Source of the DNA: a bacterium
GTDB lineage: Bacteria; Hydrothermota; 32-111
Assembly (NCBI GenBank): GCA_046484245.1
Contig: JAWOBN010000021.1
Location: 1-27,448 of the forward strand
Direction: 5' to 3'
DNA length: 27,448 nt
Numbering within the stretch: the stretch's first letter is position 1; each line of letters opens with the position of its first letter. Made by a program: the position numbers and the translations under genes. The notes below the pieces were generated by a model, which did no database searches, had not been told where the DNA came from, and was given only the letters and a program-made list of their open reading frames with translations. Positions 7,654 to 16,138 of this stretch are shown in pieces.

Positions 7654-10600
7654 ATGAAAAAGGTCATTATTCTGATTTCTGCTGTTATAATAATTATGTC
7701 ATTATCAGCAGAGTCAATGATAAGATTAAAAGTAAAAGAGTTCAATACGGATTTATCCGTTCCTCAGTTTGAAACAGAGGCACTCAATAAGGAGCAAATG
7801 TCGGGGAGTGAGGATTATTTCCTTGTGCAGTTCAGTGAACGCATAAGACCCCATCATAAAGACCGGCTCATTTCAATGGGCGGGGAGTTTATTGATTATA
7901 TTCCCGATAATGCGTATATAGTCAAAATGGATGAAGAAGCTTTCAATCAGGCAAAGAACAGCTCCTTCATTAAATTCATACAATTATGGCAGCCCGGATA
8001 CAAGATAGCCCCTTATGTACTCAAGTCAGAGCATATGGAGCCGCATTTAGAACTGGAGGGCAATAATATCACACTGTTTATTACCCTGTTTGATGAAAAT
8101 GAAGCATATCAATTGACTGAATTCCTCAAGAAAAACAGTATAGAGGATTTTGAGATTGATTCACGGTTTGCAAGGATAAGGATATTGCCCGGACAGGCAA
8201 AAGAACTTGCTGTTGAACTTGCCGGATTGAAGGAGGTTTACTGGATTGAGAGGGATTTCCCCATTGTTATGCATAATGCCTGGTCCAGATGGATCAGTGA
8301 TTCGTATGCAAGAGACGGTATGTCAGGCGGAGTAGGCGGACACTGGTATGCACAGCTGAGACTCGCTTCCCCTGAAGATTCAAGCCGCCTGGCAATGTAT
8401 GCAAACAGTGTTTTCGGCACCAATCAGATCGTCTCAGTTGATGACACGGGCCTTGACTGGGATAATATTTATTTCAGGGATAACAGCCAGCCCATATATT
8501 ATGACAAGGATGGTGATACGATTTGTGAAAGCCCCAATTATCTGCACCGCAAGGTTGTAGCATACAATGCCTATGTTGACACATTTGACCTGAACAGCAG
8601 TGGCCACGGCACCCATACAAGCGGCTCTGTTGCCGGTGATTCACTCGGTTCCAATTTCCCCGGTGATACAATTATTTCCAGGGCAGCAGGCATGGCTCCC
8701 AATGCAAAACTGATGTTTGTGGACCTCGGCGGTGCCGGTGACGGACTAACTACACCGCTTGATTATAACAAAATTTATACATGGGCATATAATGGCGGTG
8801 CAAGGATAACGTCATCGTCATGGGGTCCCGGCGCGCCCGCAGCATCATCATATACAAGCAATTCAAGGCAGCTGGACGATATATCCTGGAAGCACAAGGA
8901 CCTTCTGATGTTCCGCTCAGCAGGCAATGACAATAACAATTCAACCCCTGATTCCATCAATACACCTGCAACTGCAAAGAATATTGTGACAGTGGGTGCC
9001 AGTGAATCGGGATTCGGCTACGGTTCCACAACCTGGTCTGATGTAGGAACCGGATCGGGCGATGAACTCAATGATGTAGCGGAATTCAGTTCCCACGGCC
9101 CGACAAAAGAGGGGCAGATGAAACCGGAGCTCATTGCTCCGGGAGGATGGTATATATGGTCAGCTGATTCAGACGGCGACCTTTCAACCAATAATACCGG
9201 GATAACTACTATGGGCGGCACATCCATGTCATGCCCGACAGCAGCAGGATTTGCAGCACTTGTCAGACAGTATTTCACTGATGGTTATTATCCGACAGGA
9301 CTGCCCAGTGCAGGTGATTCAATCAGTCCGTCCGGGGCACTGATAAAGGCAATGCTTGTCAATTCAACGAGGAATTCCCCCGGCAGATATTCAATTGATG
9401 ACCTGGATCATGTGGGAATGCAGAATGCGCCCTCCATGGGCCAGGGATGGGGAAGAATAACAGTCAATGATGCAGCGTATTTCAATGGTGATGTCCGCGA
9501 CCTTCTTGTATATGATGAGAGAGACGGATTTTCATCAGCAGGGGAGTCCAAGGAATACCAGTTTGTTACAGATGCATCACTTGATGAATATATAAAGATT
9601 GTCCTGGTCTATACGGATTATCCGGCAAGCCCCGCACCTGCATCAGTAGTAGTCAATGATCTCAATCTGACAGTGATAGCAGGCGCAAGTACATACAAGG
9701 GCAATGTGTTCGGCACAGAGGCGCGGTCTGTCACAGGGGGTTCATATGACAGTGATAATGTGACAGAGGTCGTATGGCTTGATTCCCTGCCCAATACGAA
9801 TATCACAGTGAGGGTAGATGCAGATGCAGTAAATTCCGGCCCCCAGCCCTATGCACTGGTGATAACCGGTGACATAAAACAGTCAAGTTTACAGTCAGGT
9901 ATTGTATATCATAAGAGTGAGATTTATGACACCATCTCAACAGGGACTGTTATCAGTGACGGGCTTCTCAATAATGGTGAGACAGCTGATATTGACCTCT
10001 GGATAACAAATTCCGGTGATTCAACAGCTGAGACAATAACAGCTGAACTGATAAATAATTCAGCTTACTCCAGTACAGCTGACTCCAATCTCGTGTTTGA
10101 CAATCTGTCTCCCGGGGATTCCACTTCACAATTAATAAGAGTGGAGGTTGCAGAGGATTGCCCGGACAATACATTCCTGCCATTCACATTGATAACCCAT
10201 TACAATGCAGCTCAGTCCGACACATCATACTTCAATCTGCAGGTCTCCGGAACAAGCATTGTTTCACTTGACAGGGATTCACTGCTTATTGAAACAGGTG
10301 TAGCCAAGTCACTGTCAGAGGCAGGTGAAGATATATTACCCATAGAAACAAGCCGGAAACTCCACAAAACGGATATCATAAGTCCTGTCAAAGCCCAATA
10401 TCCGCATAATACAGGCAGCAAGGGTCTGGAATACGACACACTGATGCATGATGACGGCACAGTGGCAACAGGTTTTTACGGAGCAAGCAGATTTGCTGTC
10501 AAATTCGCCCCTGTAAGGGCATGCTCAGTAAAAGCAATATGGTGGAGCAGATATACGAATAGCGACAGGACAGACACCCTCTTTGTCAATGAGAACAACA

Positions 10601-11490
10601 GCGGCACTCCCGGAACCAGACTCTTTGAGAAACCGGTCAGTATAAGAGGCACAAGTTCAAATTCCTATTACAGGAATACATTAAGCGGACCTATTGTCAA
10701 TGATTCATTTTTTGTATCCCTCTATACTTACACTGAAGAGGCATCCGGTGATACTTCATACCTCAATGCAGATGCCGGAGGCGGCCAGTACAGTTATTTT
10801 TATGACGGCAGTGCGTGGAACACACTGGCAGGAATCGGATTCAACAATGACCTGATGGTCAGGGCAGAGGTGAAGTATTTCATAAATATAGCTGATTCAG
10901 GCATGTTCTATGTTGTCAACAATGACACGGCATCTGTCAAGGACATTGGTATTGACACAGTAATAGTGAGGAATAATGCACTCTGGATAGTGGATATTGA
11001 CCCCTATTCGGGCACTGTTTCACAGAGTGATTCAATGGGCATCAAGATATACATTGACACAACGGGCCTCTTGCCTGATACAGTTTACAGGGACACACTG
11101 GAGATATACACAGATGCTGATATGTCCAAAGCAGTTATGCTTGAGCTTCCTGTAGTGCTGAGGACCACCGGGAGTTCGGGCATTGAGACACCGCAATTGC
11201 CCTCAGTGGACGCTCTTCCTCCTGAAAACAGCCTATCTGTTGACAAGAGGCTGAGCAGGCGTCCGGTTATCAATTATGCATTGAGCAGTGCAGGCATGGT
11301 AAGGATTGATGTGTTTGATGTATCGGGCAGATTGATTGACAATATTGTCAATGCAGACACGCCGGCAGGCAGACACACTGTTGTCTGGGATAAGAGCGGG
11401 GCTGCAGGCATGTCCCCCTCAGGTGTTTTCTTCATAAGAGCCCGTATCGGCAATGATATAATGCAGGAAAGAATAATATCAATTAAATAG
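7654..11490 (+). CDS. Secreted S8 (subtilisin, KP-43-like) serine peptidase with Ig-like domains and a FlgD-Ig/T9SS-like C-terminal domain
   Basis: Signal peptide MKKVIILISAVIIIMSLSA. Catalytic motifs VDDTG, GHGTH, SAGN and GTSMSCP; KP-43-like VNDLNLTV..GPQPYALV; C-terminal VFDVSGRLI...SGVFFIR. Confidence 0.92.
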   Translation: MKKVIILISAVIIIMSLSAESMIRLKVKEFNTDLSVPQFETEALNKEQMSGSEDYFLVQFSERIRPHHKDRLISMGGEFIDYIPDNAYIVKMDEEAFNQAKNSSFIKFIQLWQPGYKIAPYVLKSEHMEPHLELEGNNITLFITLFDENEAYQLTEFLKKNSIEDFEIDSRFARIRILPGQAKELAVELAGLKEVYWIERDFPIVMHNAWSRWISDSYARDGMSGGVGGHWYAQLRLASPEDSSRLAMYANSVFGTNQIVSVDDTGLDWDNIYFRDNSQPIYYDKDGDTICESPNYLHRKVVAYNAYVDTFDLNSSGHGTHTSGSVAGDSLGSNFPGDTIISRAAGMAPNAKLMFVDLGGAGDGLTTPLDYNKIYTWAYNGGARITSSSWGPGAPAASSYTSNSRQLDDISWKHKDLLMFRSAGNDNNNSTPDSINTPATAKNIVTVGASESGFGYGSTTWSDVGTGSGDELNDVAEFSSHGPTKEGQMKPELIAPGGWYIWSADSDGDLSTNNTGITTMGGTSMSCPTAAGFAALVRQYFTDGYYPTGLPSAGDSISPSGALIKAMLVNSTRNSPGRYSIDDLDHVGMQNAPSMGQGWGRITVNDAAYFNGDVRDLLVYDERDGFSSAGESKEYQFVTDASLDEYIKIVLVYTDYPASPAPASVVVNDLNLTVIAGASTYKGNVFGTEARSVTGGSYDSDNVTEVVWLDSLPNTNITVRVDADAVNSGPQPYALVITGDIKQSSLQSGIVYHKSEIYDTISTGTVISDGLLNNGETADIDLWITNSGDSTAETITAELINNSAYSSTADSNLVFDNLSPGDSTSQLIRVEVAEDCPDNTFLPFTLITHYNAAQSDTSYFNLQVSGTSIVSLDRDSLLIETGVAKSLSEAGEDILPIETSRKLHKTDIISPVKAQYPHNTGSKGLEYDTLMHDDGTVATGFYGASRFAVKFAPVRACSVKAIWWSRYTNSDRTDTLFVNENNSGTPGTRLFEKPVSIRGTSSNSYYRNTLSGPIVNDSFFVSLYTYTEEASGDTSYLNADAGGGQYSYFYDGSAWNTLAGIGFNNDLMVRAEVKYFINIADSGMFYVVNNDTASVKDIGIDTVIVRNNALWIVDIDPYSGTVSQSDSMGIKIYIDTTGLLPDTVYRDTLEIYTDADMSKAVMLELPVVLRTTGSSGIETPQLPSVDALPPENSLSVDKRLSRRPVINYALSSAGMVRIDVFDVSGRLIDNIVNADTPAGRHTVVWDKSGAAGMSPSGVFFIRARIGNDIMQERIISIK

Positions 11491-11494
11491 ATGC

Positions 11495-11522
11495 TTGACA
11501 AACACAGGACTATTCATATAAT
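11495..11522 (+). promoter_or_regulatory. Consensus sigma70 promoter for the tRNA
   Basis: TTGACA (11495-11500), 16-bp spacer, TATAAT (11517-11522), 20 bp upstream of the tRNA. Confidence 0.8.
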
Positions 11523-11540
11523 ATGTCCTGTGTTCTTTAT
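11501..11540 (+). terminator. Hairpin after the peptidase gene (possible terminator or operator) overlapping the tRNA promoter
   Basis: AACACAGGAC (11501-11510) / GTCCTGTGTT (11525-11534): perfect 10-bp stem, 14-nt loop, followed by CTTTAT. Confidence 0.5.
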
Positions 11541-11542
11541 CA

Positions 11543-11616
11543 GGGCCCATAGCTCAGTTGGTTAGAGCGGCTGACTCATAATCAGTAGGTCCCAGGTTCG
11601 AGTCCTGGTGGGCCCA
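11543..11616 (+). tRNA. tRNA with CAT anticodon, most likely tRNA-Ile2 (lysidine-modified); CCA not encoded
   Basis: Acceptor stem GGGCCCA/TGGGCCC plus discriminator A, D-arm GCTCAGTTGGTTAGAGC, anticodon arm GCTGA-CTCATAA-TCAGT, T-arm CCAGG-TTCGAGT-CCTGG. A paired G1:C72 and lack of three G:C pairs in the anticodon stem exclude the initiator; C4:G69 and C5:G68 favour Ile2. Confidence 0.93.
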
Positions 11617-11750
11617 TTATCATGCCTATTGCGCAATAAACACCCCAATAATAATTTTTGAAACCTGTGCAATGATCCGGTCAATGGTATTGCCTGGTGA
11701 GAGAGGGGATTCATCTAATCAGGCATTTATTACTGTAAACAGCATTAAGC

Positions 11751-11778
11751 TTGACAATTCCCTCTTATATTATAAAAT
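11751..11778 (+). promoter_or_regulatory. Putative sigma70 promoter of the long operon
   Basis: TTGACA (11751-11756), 16-bp spacer, TAAAAT (11773-11778); RBS AGGAG before the ATG at 11814. Confidence 0.7.
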
Positions 11779-11813
11779 CTCTATTAAACAAATTAAAATA
11801 TACAGGAGATAAT

Positions 11814-12995
11814 ATGAAGATATCAAAGAGATTCGCGAATGTCGGAGATTCATCAACACTGAAGATAACAGCCAAAGCCAAGGAACTCAAGAATAATGGT
11901 GAAGATGTTGCGATTCTGGCAGCAGGCGAACCGGATTTTGATACACCTGATGCAATCAAAAAGAGCGCAATTAAGGCGATTGATGAGGGTTTTACCGGTT
12001 ATACATCTGTCAGGGGGATCATTGAGCTGAGGGAGCTCATTGCAGAGAAATTGAAAGAGGATAACAGGATTGACTATTCACCTGAGGAAATAGTTGTCAC
12101 ATCAGGAGCCAAACAGGGCATTTATAATATTATACAGGCACTCTGTGATGAAGAATCCGATGTTATAGTCATTGCACCGTATTGGGTTTCATATATTGAG
12201 ATGATAAAAATGACAGGAGCCACACCCGTGATATTTGATACATCGGAGTATGACTTCAATATACTGCCTGAGAAACTTGAGGAGTATATTACATCAAGAA
12301 CCCGTATGATAATCATGAATTCCCCCAGCAATCCGACAGGCAGAGTCATAGGCAAGGATGTGCAGATAAAGCTCTCAGAGATCATTGTCAGGAATAATAT
12401 ATATTGTATCTCCGATGAGATATATGAAAAAATAATTTATCCGGGAAGCAGGCATTTCTCCATTGCATCAGTGAATAATGAGATAAGAGACCTCACTTTC
12501 ACAGTGAACGGTTTTTCAAAGGCATATGCCATGACCGGCTGGAGAGTGGGATATATTGCAGGAAAGAAGGAGCTAATTGACAATGCATTGAAGGTGCAGA
12601 CACATTCAACATCATGCGCATGCTCAATTTCCCAGAAGGCGGCAGTGGGAGCACTGCAGACTGACCAATCTGTCCTTGACACAATGCTGGACGCATTCAC
12701 CAAGAGAAGGGAGTTCATAACCCGCAGGGTTTCAGAGATAGACGGACTGGATTATATTGAGCCGCAGGGGGCATTCTACCTCTTCATAAATATTGAAGCC
12801 GTGAAGAATGCTGACAATCCGCTGAAAACATCACATGAGGTCTGTATGCGGCTCCTGGAGGATTTCAAGGTTGCCGCAATACCGGGCAGTGCCTTCGGAG
12901 CAGATGATTATATACGTGTATCATATGCAGCTTCAATGGAAGACATAGAGAAAGGCTTAGACAGAATAGAGAGGTTTGCGGGGAAATATCTATGA
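11814..12995 (+). CDS. aspC: Pyridoxal-phosphate-dependent aminotransferase class I/II (aspartate aminotransferase-like)
   Basis: Motifs GEPDFDTP, GAKQ, NSPSNPTG, SDEIYE, NGFSKAYAMTGWRVG (PLP lysine) and PQGAFY. Start moved to the ATG at 11814, which has an RBS. Confidence 0.9.
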   Translation: MKISKRFANVGDSSTLKITAKAKELKNNGEDVAILAAGEPDFDTPDAIKKSAIKAIDEGFTGYTSVRGIIELRELIAEKLKEDNRIDYSPEEIVVTSGAKQGIYNIIQALCDEESDVIVIAPYWVSYIEMIKMTGATPVIFDTSEYDFNILPEKLEEYITSRTRMIIMNSPSNPTGRVIGKDVQIKLSEIIVRNNIYCISDEIYEKIIYPGSRHFSIASVNNEIRDLTFTVNGFSKAYAMTGWRVGYIAGKKELIDNALKVQTHSTSCACSISQKAAVGALQTDQSVLDTMLDAFTKRREFITRRVSEIDGLDYIEPQGAFYLFINIEAVKNADNPLKTSHEVCMRLLEDFKVAAIPGSAFGADDYIRVSYAASMEDIEKGLDRIERFAGKYL

Positions 12996-13972
12996 CAGGA
13001 CGCCTCATTGACAGAGTAACACTTTTCCTTAAATCCGGCAAAGGCGGAGACGGCAAGACATCCCTGCACAGTGAAAAATTCGTCCGGAAGGGCGGTCCTG
13101 ACGGGGGTGACGGAGGCAGGGGAGGCGATGTTGTATTCAAGGTCAATGACAGCATGTTCACACTCAATCATCTCCGCAATAAACATCATTTCAAGGCCCA
13201 GGACGGTGAGAGCGGAAGGTCAAGGAAACAGCATGGTGCAGACGGCGCGGACACTGTCATAGAGGTGCCGCCCGGAACAGTTGTACTTGACAATGAGGGC
13301 AATGAGATAATGGACCTCACGGAAGGTGCATATACATTTCTCAAGGGCGGAGACGGCGGTATGGGCAATGTTCATTTCAAATCATCCACAAACAGGACTC
13401 CCCGTAAGTCAACTAAAGGATATGAAGGTGAAAGCGAGAAGGTTATTCTTGAGCTCAGAATAATTGCGGATGTCGGTCTGGCAGGCAAACCCAATGCAGG
13501 CAAGTCAACATTCCTCAGTGTTGTGACAAAGGCATCACCCAAGATAGATTCATATCCATTTACAACACTGCGCCCCAATCTCGGTGTGTATTCCGATGAT
13601 GTGCATTCAATAAGAATTGCCGATATCCCGGGCATTATTGAAGGTGCGTCTAAGGGCAGGGGCCTCGGGTATCAATTCCTGCAGCATATAACAAGGGTGT
13701 CCCTGATTGTCTTTATTATTGATATAACAGAAGATGATGTATTGGAGACATATGAAACACTGAAGAGAGAGATTGAGGAGTATTCAGCCAAGATGAAGAA
13801 TAAAGAGAGATTGATACTCTTCAATAAAACAGACCTTGTATCTGAGAGCAGAATCAGTGAAATAAAGCAGATGGATATCCCTGTTGAGCACACTTTCTCA
13901 TCACTCAAGAACAGTGATACAGGCAATATTGAACAGATGATAATGGAAAAATTATATGGACAAGACAATTAA
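12992..13972 (+). CDS. obgE: Obg family GTPase (short form)
   Basis: Gly-rich GGPDGGDGGRGG Obg fold; G1 GKPNAGKST, YPFTTL, DIPG and NKTD motifs. Confidence 0.95.
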   Translation: MTGRLIDRVTLFLKSGKGGDGKTSLHSEKFVRKGGPDGGDGGRGGDVVFKVNDSMFTLNHLRNKHHFKAQDGESGRSRKQHGADGADTVIEVPPGTVVLDNEGNEIMDLTEGAYTFLKGGDGGMGNVHFKSSTNRTPRKSTKGYEGESEKVILELRIIADVGLAGKPNAGKSTFLSVVTKASPKIDSYPFTTLRPNLGVYSDDVHSIRIADIPGIIEGASKGRGLGYQFLQHITRVSLIVFIIDITEDDVLETYETLKREIEEYSAKMKNKERLILFNKTDLVSESRISEIKQMDIPVEHTFSSLKNSDTGNIEQMIMEKLYGQDN

Positions 13973-14906
13973 GAGCATAGTAGCCGGTCAGGCAGAACTC
14001 TATAATATGGACACTGAGATGATTGACAGGTCCCTTGACTGGATGGAGTCCCGGAACATAGGTATTACTGACAGGCATCTTGAGAGAGGCTCCATCAGTT
14101 CACTGAGAATACCCGAGCATCTCTTCTTTGCAGGCAATGAGGATTTGCTCAGCAGGAAGAAGATTGCAATAGTGGGCACAAGGAAACCGGACAATTACGG
14201 ACAGTATGCAGTTGAGAAAATAGTATCCTCACTGAGCAGCGAATATGCGACTGTCTCCGGTTTCGCACTCGGCATAGACTCGCTTGTACACAGCCATTCA
14301 ATCAAGAATGACATACCGACAATTGCTGTTACAGGCAGCGGTTTTGCAGTCAATTACCCTTCCGGTAATTCACACTTGAAGAAGCATATCATTGAAAAGG
14401 GGCTTATGCTCAGTGAATATTCGCCATTCATAAAGCCCTATAAACATAATTTTATCAAGAGAAACCTTATTATTGCATATCTGGCTGATATTGTCATAAT
14501 AACGAGAGGCACTTCAAGAAGCGGGACACTCTCCACATTGAGATGGGCTGAGAAGCTTGACAGGGAAATATACGCTCTGCCCGGCAATATCAATTCCAAG
14601 CTCTCATATGCACCCAATTATGCTCTGTCAAGGGGAGCACGCCCCATGCATGATTTGAGTGAATGCGTATTCCTTAAACCGGACAGCAGAGCAGAGGAAT
14701 CCGTAAGCCCTGCTGAAAGGAAAATACTGAATATTATTTCAAAATACCCCCGTATAGATTCAATGCTGAGGAACAGTGAATACAGCAGGGAGAATCTTTT
14801 GAGCATTATAACAAATCTGGAGATCAAGAATATTGTAAGAAGAACAGCCAATAATACCATAGAAATAATGGAGGATATAAATGGAAGGACTGATACCGAA
14901 GATTGA
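13956..14906 (+). CDS. dprA: DNA-processing protein DprA/Smf
   Basis: Motifs IAIVGTR, VSGFALGID, SEY, FIKRNLII, SGTLST and ALPGNI; C-terminal winged-helix-like tail. Confidence 0.9.
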   Translation: MDKTIKSIVAGQAELYNMDTEMIDRSLDWMESRNIGITDRHLERGSISSLRIPEHLFFAGNEDLLSRKKIAIVGTRKPDNYGQYAVEKIVSSLSSEYATVSGFALGIDSLVHSHSIKNDIPTIAVTGSGFAVNYPSGNSHLKKHIIEKGLMLSEYSPFIKPYKHNFIKRNLIIAYLADIVIITRGTSRSGTLSTLRWAEKLDREIYALPGNINSKLSYAPNYALSRGARPMHDLSECVFLKPDSRAEESVSPAERKILNIISKYPRIDSMLRNSEYSRENLLSIITNLEIKNIVRRTANNTIEIMEDINGRTDTED

Positions 14907-15438
14907 GGCAATACTCTTTGCATCAGGAAAACCCGTGTCATCGGAAAAGATAACCAGTGAGCTCGGTATTGAAAAGAGTGTGCTGCGCCGGGTGATTGAG
15001 TATCTCAAGGAGAAATACAGTGATGATGAATCCGGTATTCAGGTGGTTGAAGCTGCAGACGGATATCAGATTGTGACAAAACCCCGCTATAATGAGATGC
15101 TGAAATCATTCTACGGCAACAGGAGAATAGCCCGTCTCAGTGTGCCCGCACTGGAGGCGCTTGCCATAATTGCATATAAGCAGCCGGTTACAAGACCGGA
15201 GATTGAAGAGATAAGGGGTGTAAACTGTGACGGTGTGCTGAAGACATTAATGGAACGCGATTTAGTAACAAGAAGAGGGCATGCGGACCTGCCGGGAAGA
15301 CCGTCATTGTACTTTACAACCAAGAAGTTCCTTTCATATTTCAAGATCACATCCCTCAAGGAATTGCCCCCCATACAGGAACTGACAGGTGAAAATGAAG
15401 AAGAGCAGAAGGTGTTGTTTGATGAAGATGAGGATTAA
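14881..15438 (+). CDS. scpB: SMC-Scp complex subunit ScpB
   Basis: Motifs IEAILFASG, LSVPALEALAIIAYKQPVTRPEIEEIRGV and GRPSLYFTT..FL..F...SLKELP. Confidence 0.95.
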   Translation: MEGLIPKIEAILFASGKPVSSEKITSELGIEKSVLRRVIEYLKEKYSDDESGIQVVEAADGYQIVTKPRYNEMLKSFYGNRRIARLSVPALEALAIIAYKQPVTRPEIEEIRGVNCDGVLKTLMERDLVTRRGHADLPGRPSLYFTTKKFLSYFKITSLKELPPIQELTGENEEEQKVLFDEDED

Positions 15439-16138
15439 TAAATTTATTGCCGCACATACCAATTATTCGCGCAGGAAAGCGGATGAACTGATAAGGCAGA
15501 AGAGGGTCAAGGTCAATAACCGTCTGGCAAAGGTCGGGGAACAGATAGACCCTGATAATGACAGTATTGCTGTTGATTTCAAAATTCTCAATCCCCGGAA
15601 ACAGAAGATGGAATATTACTGTATCTATAAACCCCTCAATACAATTGTGTCAAAAAGTGATGAAAAGCACAGGCCTGTTATCTATGATACACTGCCGGAC
15701 AAGTTCAGGAAATTCAATCCGGCAGGCAGGCTGGACTTTGATTCAGAGGGCATACTCATAATGACGAATGACGGGGATTTCCTCAATTATATCATCCATC
15801 CCTCTTCAGAGGTTCAGAAGGAATACAGGGCTAAAATATTCGGGAGGCTTGGAAGTGAGGAGATGGAGCGCCTGAAAAGGGGAATCCATTATCAGGGTGA
15901 AACATACAGGCTGGACACAGTGGATATAGTTTCGTATAATAGGAATACGGACAAATCGGATATAAGAATTGTGATTTCACACGGGAAGAACCGGGAGATC
16001 AGGAATGCGCTCAAAGCAATAGGGCATCCTGTAATAAGCCTCAAGAGAACAGCTGTCGGTAATATTGATCTGGAATTTCTCGGTGCAAGGAATTACAGGA
16101 AATTTGACAAATCCTACTTCAAGCCGGAGGTGGAGTGA
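15428..16138 (+). CDS. rluB: rRNA pseudouridine synthase (RsuA/RluB family)
   Basis: S4 domain MRINKFIA..SRRKADELI, catalytic GRLDFDSEGILIMTNDG, and GKNREIR. Start is probably 15428 (or 15422). Confidence 0.85.
   Translation: MRINKFIAAHTNYSRRKADELIRQKRVKVNNRLAKVGEQIDPDNDSIAVDFKILNPRKQKMEYYCIYKPLNTIVSKSDEKHRPVIYDTLPDKFRKFNPAGRLDFDSEGILIMTNDGDFLNYIIHPSSEVQKEYRAKIFGRLGSEEMERLKRGIHYQGETYRLDTVDIVSYNRNTDKSDIRIVISHGKNREIRNALKAIGHPVISLKRTAVGNIDLEFLGARNYRKFDKSYFKPEVE

Noticed and set aside
11543..11750. tRNA as an integration site for a genomic island
   Set aside because: No integrase nearby and no duplicate of the tRNA 3' end seen in the window; housekeeping genes follow directly.
11751..11813. TTG start extending the aminotransferase by 21 aa
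   Set aside because: The TTG is the -35 box of the promoter. The ATG at 11814 has an AGGAG RBS and matches the family N-terminus.
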